From: Defluviitaleaceae bacterium
Lineage (GTDB): Bacteria; Bacillota; Clostridia; Lachnospirales; WRAX01
NCBI GenBank assembly: GCA_009779935.1
Contig: WRAX01000002.1
Coordinates: 10,772-74,771 of the forward strand
Reading direction: 5' to 3'
DNA length: 64,000 bases
The stretch's first letter is position 1. Every line of letters starts with the position of its first letter. Both the position numbers and the translations under genes were made by a program. Shown in pieces: positions 7,801 to 14,387 of the stretch. The notes beneath the pieces are model-generated. The model worked only from the letters and a program-made list of their open reading frames with translations. It searched no databases and had not been told where the DNA came from.

Positions 7801-9798
7801 GAGGCTTTGGAAGCGGGAGGGATGCTCGCAAACAGCCACAAACAAGCTGCCTATGTAGTGCTTGGCCGATGCTATCTAATGATGGGGGACCTGGAAAAGG
7901 CAAAGCAGTTGACTGCCATCTTTTCAAACTGGATTAAAGAAAGGGGGGTGCTTTCGGAACACAAGCACACTGCCCTTTTGACGGAAACCGTGTATGACAT
8001 TTTGATGGGCAACCCAAGCGAAATGGATGCTAACCAATTGGCAGAAGAGACCATTAAGCAGTATTTGGCGGAAGGTAGCCACATTTGGATGCATAAAATG
8101 GGCGAAGCTGTAGATTTTGCTTTCATACTTCACCAATACGGCCACAAAATACCTGCCGCAACCATTTTAACCCGTGTATTGGAAATGGCTGACGGCATTG
8201 AAAACATCAGCGATTTTATGCGCCTTAAAACACTGTATGCCCAAAGCCTGCTTTCAGAAAGTGGAGAAGAAGCTGCAGATTATTTGGTGCGGGCACAACA
8301 AATTGCCGCAAGGCATGAGCACTATCTAATGCTTGCCATAATTTGCCGGGATTTAAGTTTGATTTACACCGAAAAAGCCCCTTATGTTGCCACGGATTAC
8401 GCCGTGCGGGCTTGCGAGGCAGTGCAAAACCTGCTAAACAATACACCACCGCAATTTTGGGCAAGTATCATGCGTTTCCACGGGTTGCTTTCCATTTTTA
8501 AGGATGTCGTGGAAATTGATGAGCAAAACCCTGATTTTGACATAATTATGTCCCCTGATATTTTTGACGGGCTTTTGGAAGACGAAAATTTGGCAAGGGC
8601 GAAAAAGGACAGCTTTTTATCAAGAATGCCCAGCGGCATGAAAGATGCGGGAGGTATCATACGCAACCTAAGCAGCACCAGTAACGACAACCTTATGTTG
8701 CTTGCCAGGTATTTTGCGGCGGTTGCTTGTGCGCCCAAATGCTTTATTGTGGTGGAAGATGATGGGGCGGAAACCGGCTTTTCTATAATTGCCGACAATG
8801 ACGGGCATCGCCATGAGGTTGAAACAAAAAGCATTTTGCGCCATACAAAGGCTTTGGGGCAAGATGTGTTTGCCACAGTGGAAGGGGACAACATGGCAAT
8901 ATTGCCCGAAGGGGCAAAGGTTGCTATGTGCTTGCCAATCGACCATAATGCGTATATCTTAATCTACACCGACAGTATTTTCCATAACATCAACGAAGAT
9001 GCGGTTGCAGAAATCAAAACCCTGCAAAAACCTTTGGAAATGAGCGTTTTGATGAATGTTACAAAGGCGCAATCCATGCTGGATAAGCTTACGGGGGCGT
9101 TAAACCGCAGATATTTGGATTTGGCACTGGAAAACAGCGTAGCAAAAACATTGGAAGCCGGCTTGCCCCTATCCCTAATTATTGCGGATTTAGACAACTT
9201 TAAGGGCATAAATGACACATATGGCCACACGGTGGGCGATGAGGTTTTAACCGCTGTTGGCAAAATTATCCGTGAGCATTTGCGTAAAGACACCCCCTTC
9301 GGGCGTTTTGGCGGGGAAGAGTTTATGATTGCTTTGGAAAATGTGTGTGAGGAGGATGCCTTGAAATTGGCGGAAAAACTGCGCACATCTATTGAAGAAG
9401 CACGGATTTTGGGCAGCAAGCGGGCTGTAACTGCCAGCTTTGGAATTGCCGTTATGCCAGCCCACACCCAGAACAAGAAAGAACTGATAGACAAAGCGGA
9501 CAAAGCCCTGTACGCCAGTAAATATGAGGGGCGCAACATGTCCACTGTGTATAGGGAAGATTTGGAAGCCCCAAGCAAAAATAAGCACCAAACAAATGAT
9601 ATTATTACAGGCGATGCGTTGGTAGATGCCATGAGGATGCGCCTTACCTTGGAAATTATCCAGCTAACCAGAAGCGAGATGACATCGGAAAACAGAAAAA
9701 ACGTGGCGCAGGACAAAATTAAGCAAATGGTGGATGCGGGTGACCATATAAACCAAGAAGCCTTAAACGCACTAAATGCTTTGGTGGAAGCCATGTAA
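4828..9798 (+). CDS. Multidomain signalling protein: kinase-like domain, STAND (AAA_16) NTPase, TPR-like region, GAF, GGDEF
   Basis: HSKNIIHGNI, FQAPE, GDIYALG kinase remnants; Walker A GVQGIGKS, Walker B IILDD, TGGNPLF; C-terminal DLDNFKGINDTYGHTVGD and RFGGEEF. Confidence 0.85.
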   Translation: MAMSIINNRYRIVRQRNVVHPQVSSYLTRDMADDNKERVVHLLDGDFLPNAVGFYSKEFALYKNINHHSILKNYDLELVRFIGDKPATTTQYLISAEFAPDAAPLSGAAVYLKLKPNQVLDTFVCLCRAVGYLHSKNIIHGNIHANTVFINHTGNRMGLIDMAMTNLFFKDKADIYFQAPEILAGGEASVKGDIYALGATLFYLISGKSGVVNFKKELEEFTMATKPAMQAFLPIIQKATEKAENRFETVPQLIEALNSAFNKTFATIEVDELRHLMLGADFIGRHSQLDTIIKNFDEVAVGKSRARYVYISGVQGIGKSTIVGQLKNHLSLQNAPIFASFDSRGDNAMRTILRQMLDLHTSKAYDGDFLQYITAVANGTSLEGSTKSYGQSSIMRFMYDRVKDVPAMIILDDIEFADFSTIELFQRLAAICKNLCLVLSTRPDFENTKLTEFFASLTDENLITLTLDNLTKDETARLAKSILAADEVSDQFADVLHKNTGGNPLFVEEALKSLMLNGTIYINSENGYWYADYEREDFYKIPIPQNLMDAVKNVADALEGDEYRVVQAISVFDKILPTADMLASILQTDATEQLASLSKQGTLTVHSTGIGRATTYAITNKALNQVAYDQTSEEEAKKLHIRAADVLIGEKTQTDAMMEEIVYHLGVADDNRRLLEWLEKIGDAHYKVLNMPKSIEIYEKAIKICGLLGDGEKEIDVRLKLRPAQRVTNLVSKAIENMEKTADMAKDLGLIEKHIRAASSLINLHVVLSNLEAAKAVAAKVKPFFEDEAFRQKYLKAYVVFRYSSFDLLLTDAKEMPKGIADEKAGEELRRLQALCQEDWLEERITIADYINRHHSLLGEYAKCAEILTEAIEMCRKSGDTRLESVFLSNLAINHIHTGQGKLGYQMGMEQLSSGFTQPNLKMELVMILAICDYVFFFRVDDALMKLKEAQNEGMLMGLDIYTSDNIITVQSVMLERSMFTQIHGFAELYLEALEAGGMLANSHKQAAYVVLGRCYLMMGDLEKAKQLTAIFSNWIKERGVLSEHKHTALLTETVYDILMGNPSEMDANQLAEETIKQYLAEGSHIWMHKMGEAVDFAFILHQYGHKIPAATILTRVLEMADGIENISDFMRLKTLYAQSLLSESGEEAADYLVRAQQIAARHEHYLMLAIICRDLSLIYTEKAPYVATDYAVRACEAVQNLLNNTPPQFWASIMRFHGLLSIFKDVVEIDEQNPDFDIIMSPDIFDGLLEDENLARAKKDSFLSRMPSGMKDAGGIIRNLSSTSNDNLMLLARYFAAVACAPKCFIVVEDDGAETGFSIIADNDGHRHEVETKSILRHTKALGQDVFATVEGDNMAILPEGAKVAMCLPIDHNAYILIYTDSIFHNINEDAVAEIKTLQKPLEMSVLMNVTKAQSMLDKLTGALNRRYLDLALENSVAKTLEAGLPLSLIIADLDNFKGINDTYGHTVGDEVLTAVGKIIREHLRKDTPFGRFGGEEFMIALENVCEEDALKLAEKLRTSIEEARILGSKRAVTASFGIAVMPAHTQNKKELIDKADKALYASKYEGRNMSTVYREDLEAPSKNKHQTNDIITGDALVDAMRMRLTLEIIQLTRSEMTSENRKNVAQDKIKQMVDAGDHINQEALNALNALVEAM

Positions 9799-9846
9799 CA
9801 AAAAGGCAACAATTATTAGGGGTCGGTTCGGCTTACAAGCAAACAC

Positions 9847-11960
9847 TAGGATATAATCTGTGAAGGGCGGAAATAACACCACAAGCTGAAAAAGTAGCGG
9901 TGTATCGTTGCTTCGAGGCAAGGGTGCACTTATGTACCACAACGAGCGTGGGGGTGCGTGAAATTTATATTCGGTACAGTAAGGAGTTGTAATGAGCGGT
10001 TTATGTTAAAGAGGTAAATATGCAGTAGAAGGGATAGATTATAATGAAATTTGCAGATATGCAGTATACAAGACCCGAGCTGGAGTCAACACAGGCAAGG
10101 TATCGGGAGCTGCTTAAAAACTTTAAGGCAGCAAAGACCGCTGATGAGTGTTTTGCATCGCATAAGGAAATTAACGATTTTACTGAATATGTAAACACCA
10201 TGATTAACCTTGCTTATGTGCGCAAAACACTTAATACCAAGGATGAGTATTATGCGGCAGAGTATGAATATTTGGATGAGGTAAGGCCGCATTTTAAGGA
10301 AGTTTTGCAAGAAATTTTTGCGGCTATGCTCAACTCGCCTTTCCGCAAGGAAATGGAGGCGGCATGGGGCAAGATAATGTTTTCCAATCTTGAGATTGAG
10401 TTAAAAACCTTTTCGCCTGAAATTATTGAAGATTTGCAAGAGGAAAACCGGCTTTGCAGTGAATATGCCGACCTTCTGGCTTCTGCTGAAATTGAGTTTG
10501 ATGGAAAGACTTTGAACTTATCCGATATGTCGGCTTACTTTGAAAACAAAGATAGAGATATGCGCGTGCAAGCCTGCGAGGCTTTGTCTAACTGGTATAC
10601 AAGCCATGCGGAACAGTTTGACACAATTTTTGACAAGCTCGTAAAATTGCGCACAGGCATTGCTAAAAAACTCGGCTATGAGAGCTTTACAGAGCTTGGC
10701 TACTATCGTATGCAAAGAAATTGTTTTGACGAGGCTATGGTTACAAAGTTCCGCCAAGGTATTATAGAGCATATAGTGCCGCTAATATTAAAAATAAAGG
10801 CTGAACAGGCAGTTCGTATAGGTGTGGATAAAATAGACATTGCCGATTTGTCTTTTAACTATCCTGATGGTAACCCCACGCCCAAGGGCACACCGGATGA
10901 GATTTTTGCCCATGGCAAAAAGATGTTTGCCGAGCTATCTGATGAAACAAGCGAATTTTTTAACTTTATGCTTGAAAACGATTTATTTGATGTACTATCT
11001 AAGCCCGGCAAAGGGGTGGGCGGCTACCTGGAGGAGTTTCACATTTACAAGGCACCGTTTATTTTCGCAAACTTTAATGGCACGTCGAATGATATTTATG
11101 TGCTTGCACACGAGGCGGGACATGGATATGCTTCCTATGTTGCATACGACATTTACCCCTATGAGCTGCGTGAAGGAAGCCCGGAGATAAGCGAGATACA
11201 TGCCATGGCCATGGAGTTTTTTGCTTGGCCTTGGATGGAAGGGTTCTTTGGTGCAGATACGCAGAAATATTACCATAGGCATTTATCCAAATCTATAGAA
11301 TTTTTGCCTTATGGCTCAATGGTGGATGAATTTCAGCACCTTGTTTATGCCAAACCCGAAATGACACCTGCCGAGCGTAATGCACTATGGCTTGAGCTGG
11401 AGGCAAAATATCGCCCATGGATTGATATGGCAGGCATACCCTATTGGGCAGAAGGCCGCTGTTGGCATAGACAGGCGGCTATTTATGAAATGCCTTTTTA
11501 CTACATTGACTACTGCTTGGCAGGCATAATGGCTCTAAATTTTTGGGCTTTGAACCAAAGTGACCATATGAGTACGTGGGAAAAGTATGTGCGCCTTGTA
11601 AAGTTTGCCGCAACTAAAAACTTTGTAGAGCTTGTTAGCGACAGCGGACTGCCTACGCCCTTTGAGCCGCAAAACTTGAAGATGGTTGCAGATATGGCGG
11701 CGGAATGGCTTGAAAAAAATAGAGTATAGAGTACAGTGTATAGAGGATAGAGCGGATTTAACAGTATATTGAAAGAGGTGCTAAAGCAAGTGATACACTT
11801 GCTTGGTTAGGAATCCGGCTTCCCTTGTCTCTGTTTATATTAGTATCTATTATATTTACAAGAATCGGTGCAGGAATTGGATTCCTTTTGCATTTAACAA
11901 AAAAAGCGCACGTAATAAGCATTAGTAGTGTTATTTCCACCCTTCACAGAATACATCCTA
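9847..11960. mobile_element. Putative non-autonomous element with 36-bp inverted ends carrying an M3 peptidase
   Basis: Left 9847-9882 TAGGATATAATCTGTGAAGGGCGGAAATAACACCAC; right 11925-11960 revcomp TAGGATGTATTCTGTGAAGGGTGGAAATAACACTAC (32/36); no transposase inside. Confidence 0.7.
10044..11729 (+). CDS. M3 family oligoendopeptidase (PepF-like)
   Basis: MKFADMQYTRP N-terminus, PFIFANFNGT, HEAGH zinc motif, EIHAMAMEF, PFYYIDY. Confidence 0.93.
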   Translation: MKFADMQYTRPELESTQARYRELLKNFKAAKTADECFASHKEINDFTEYVNTMINLAYVRKTLNTKDEYYAAEYEYLDEVRPHFKEVLQEIFAAMLNSPFRKEMEAAWGKIMFSNLEIELKTFSPEIIEDLQEENRLCSEYADLLASAEIEFDGKTLNLSDMSAYFENKDRDMRVQACEALSNWYTSHAEQFDTIFDKLVKLRTGIAKKLGYESFTELGYYRMQRNCFDEAMVTKFRQGIIEHIVPLILKIKAEQAVRIGVDKIDIADLSFNYPDGNPTPKGTPDEIFAHGKKMFAELSDETSEFFNFMLENDLFDVLSKPGKGVGGYLEEFHIYKAPFIFANFNGTSNDIYVLAHEAGHGYASYVAYDIYPYELREGSPEISEIHAMAMEFFAWPWMEGFFGADTQKYYHRHLSKSIEFLPYGSMVDEFQHLVYAKPEMTPAERNALWLELEAKYRPWIDMAGIPYWAEGRCWHRQAAIYEMPFYYIDYCLAGIMALNFWALNQSDHMSTWEKYVRLVKFAATKNFVELVSDSGLPTPFEPQNLKMVADMAAEWLEKNRV

Positions 11961-12000
11961 TAACTTGCCCGCCATCCCAAAAAGGGAGGCGGGCAAGTTA
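11961..12000. terminator. Strong hairpin between convergent genes, abutting the element's right end
   Basis: TAACTTGCCCGCC / GGCGGGCAAGTTA perfect 13-bp arms plus inner TCCC/GGGA. Confidence 0.6.
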
Positions 12001-12076
12001 ATGCTTGGAGTGAAAGCGAAGGATTTATAAAGCCACACTAGAAACATGAAACTATATTGAATATTTGAACAACCAA

Positions 12077-12178
12077 TACCAATTCCATTCTCAATCATGG
12101 AAAAGCACATTTTTGAAAACGCACTGAAACCTGCGATTTTCAAAATATCCTTTTCCATGTTTCGAATTGGAATTGGTA
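12077..12178. repeat. ~100-bp imperfect palindrome
   Basis: TACCAATTCCA..CATGGAAAAG..TTTTGAAAA..CGCA loop TGCG..TTTTCAAAA..CTTTTCCATG..TGGAATTGGTA. Confidence 0.75.
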
Positions 12179-12216
12179 CAAGATGCTCTGTGCCATTCAC
12201 AAAATTCTCCAAGTCC

Positions 12217-13794
12217 CTAATGCAAACGCCAACTGCTGGCATTGCGGAAAATATCACCGGCAGTTGGGGTGAAGCTGCCATATACACGGTTTGTTGTGTA
12301 CAAAAATTGGTTGTGGAATGCAATGGTTATTATTGGCAAATTATCGGAAAAATACTGTTGCAATTCGGCGGCGGCGGATTGGAGAGCCGCCGGGTTGGCA
12401 GCATTATTTGCCATACTTTGCAATGCCAACAAATTATGAGAGCTGTATCCCATAGAAAAGCCCAAGTTGGGGCGCATACCCACGGGGGCAGTGCCCACAA
12501 CAAGGTCATAATCACCTGCTTCCAGTCGGCTTTCAAAGTCGTAAAAAGGCAGGGTGTGCAGGGTTACGTTTGCACCTTCTGTCGCCAGCACTTCTGCCAA
12601 CAATTGGGCTATTGGGGCGGTTTGTGAATTATCAACATTTACAATGATATCAAGGGTAAGTGGCATGGGTGGCAGGGCAGGGGAAATTTGGCGTTGTAAA
12701 AAGCCATCCTCACCCCTCACAAAGCCTGCATCTGCAAAGGTTGCGGCTTCGGCGGGCTGTGGATGTATATGCATCCAACACATGGGATTGATGGGGGAAC
12801 GCAAACGATGCCCGTCCATGGCACCGTCAATTGCCCTGCGCACTTGATATTCGGCGAATATGGTGCGTTCCATATTAAATCCTATAAAATCAAAATAGTT
12901 TGCGGCAATGGGTGCTGCATTTTTTTTGCCCATAGCACGAAACCTGCCGTATTCGGCGGGGGATGCGGGCAAAATGTCAATCAACCCCTGCTCGAAAGCG
13001 TGGGTGGCATCGCCCATATCCCGCAGGATTAGGGCGGTTACTTGCTGTATATAAGGCCTACCGCCTACCGCATTGGCATTGGCAATGAATTCCAAGCGAT
13101 TGGCCAAGGTGTGGCTGTAAAAACGAAATGGCCCATTGCCCACAGGGTGCATATTTCTGGGGGCTTGCAAATTCGTCATAGACACCGGGTGGTAATAATG
13201 CTCGGGAATTATGGGAAAATCCAATAAATACTTAAACTGCCACATGGGGGAGTTGAGGTTGATGTGTAGCGTGCGTGAGTCTACCACGTTATGGCTGGCA
13301 ACATATGCCACATTTGGCCGGTAAACGGCTGTTTGAGGGGCTTGGTTGCGAAGCACATCAATGCTAAACGCCAAGTCTGCAGATGTGATGGGCATACCAT
13401 CTTCCCAAAAAATGTTGGGGCGCAGGGTTATGGTCAAACTTTGCCCGCTGGGCGCAAAGGTGATGTTTTCGGTAATTGCAGGGTTTGTGATTGGTCGTAG
13501 CTCCTCATCAAAAATTACGATTGGTTCAAAAACAAGGCGCAGCACCTGCGCCAGATAGGGGTCGCTGTTTAGCAAGGGGTTTAAGGTGGCTGGCATGGGC
13601 ATGGCTATTGTGAGATGGTTAGGTAAAGCTGGCGGTTGCGCTGTTTGTTCTTGCTGGGCGGGGGCTTGCGCCTCACCGCTTTCTTGTGCCGGGTAGGCGG
13701 CAAAATTGGGATCCAGCCGGGCTAAATCAGGGCTTTCGCCGCCGCAAGCCGCCAATATTAACAACAATAATGGCAATAGCAAAAGTCTCTTCAT
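12217..13794 (-). CDS. Peptide/nickel ABC transporter substrate-binding lipoprotein (family 5)
   Basis: Lipobox LAAC; TLNPL, LRPNIFWEDGMPITSADLAFS, PVGNGPF. Confidence 0.88.
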   Translation of the reverse strand: MKRLLLLPLLLLILAACGGESPDLARLDPNFAAYPAQESGEAQAPAQQEQTAQPPALPNHLTIAMPMPATLNPLLNSDPYLAQVLRLVFEPIVIFDEELRPITNPAITENITFAPSGQSLTITLRPNIFWEDGMPITSADLAFSIDVLRNQAPQTAVYRPNVAYVASHNVVDSRTLHINLNSPMWQFKYLLDFPIIPEHYYHPVSMTNLQAPRNMHPVGNGPFRFYSHTLANRLEFIANANAVGGRPYIQQVTALILRDMGDATHAFEQGLIDILPASPAEYGRFRAMGKKNAAPIAANYFDFIGFNMERTIFAEYQVRRAIDGAMDGHRLRSPINPMCWMHIHPQPAEAATFADAGFVRGEDGFLQRQISPALPPMPLTLDIIVNVDNSQTAPIAQLLAEVLATEGANVTLHTLPFYDFESRLEAGDYDLVVGTAPVGMRPNLGFSMGYSSHNLLALQSMANNAANPAALQSAAAELQQYFSDNLPIITIAFHNQFLYTTNRVYGSFTPTAGDIFRNASSWRLH

Positions 13795-14387
13795 AAAATC
13801 ACCCTGGTAATTTTTGTAATTTGGTTGTATAAGTGTTGAAAATCCCCGTCATTATCGACTTTGTGGGTGATGTGGCGGGCCAATTCTGCATCGGGCATTT
13901 GGCTGTTAATTCTTGCCAATGCCGACTTGCGGGTTAACCCATCCCTTGCTATAATGCGATTGATGCGCATTTCATGGGGGGCAAAAACACCAATAACCGC
14001 ATGACACATTTTGTCCACGCCCGCCTCCACAAGCACAGGCGCATCAATGGCTATTACGGAATTATCACTGGTTTTTACAGCTTTATTTATGGCGTAAATT
14101 ACATGCTTGTGAACAATTTGCGATAGTTGGGCAAGTTTGCCTTTGTCTGCAAAAACAATGTCGCCTAAAATTTTGCGGTTTATTTCGTTACCTGCACCTA
14201 AAATTTGATTGCCAAAAACCGCTAAAATCTCATCATAGGCGGGGGTGGCACCTTTTTTTATTACGCTATGGGCAATTTTGTCCGCATCCAAAATTTGGGC
14301 ACCAAAATCTGCCAAAACACGACAAACCTCGCCCTTTCCTGCGCCACTTCCCCCTGTCACACCTATGATTAATTTATTTTGACTCAT
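13791..14387 (-). CDS. coaE: Dephospho-CoA kinase
   Basis: IIGVTGGSGAGK, DADKIAH, NRKILGDIVF, ARINSQ; follows polA. Confidence 0.95.
   Translation of the reverse strand: MSQNKLIIGVTGGSGAGKGEVCRVLADFGAQILDADKIAHSVIKKGATPAYDEILAVFGNQILGAGNEINRKILGDIVFADKGKLAQLSQIVHKHVIYAINKAVKTSDNSVIAIDAPVLVEAGVDKMCHAVIGVFAPHEMRINRIIARDGLTRKSALARINSQMPDAELARHITHKVDNDGDFQHLYNQITKITRVIL

Noticed and set aside
3413-9798. Hypr-type cGAMP synthase or CBASS-like system
   Set aside because: Both GGDEF domains keep the Asp of GHxxGD, and no CD-NTase or effector gene is adjacent
11958-12627. ORFs 11958-12323 (-) and 12097-12627 (+)
   Set aside because: They overlap the substrate-binding gene and run through a palindrome; no protein-like features
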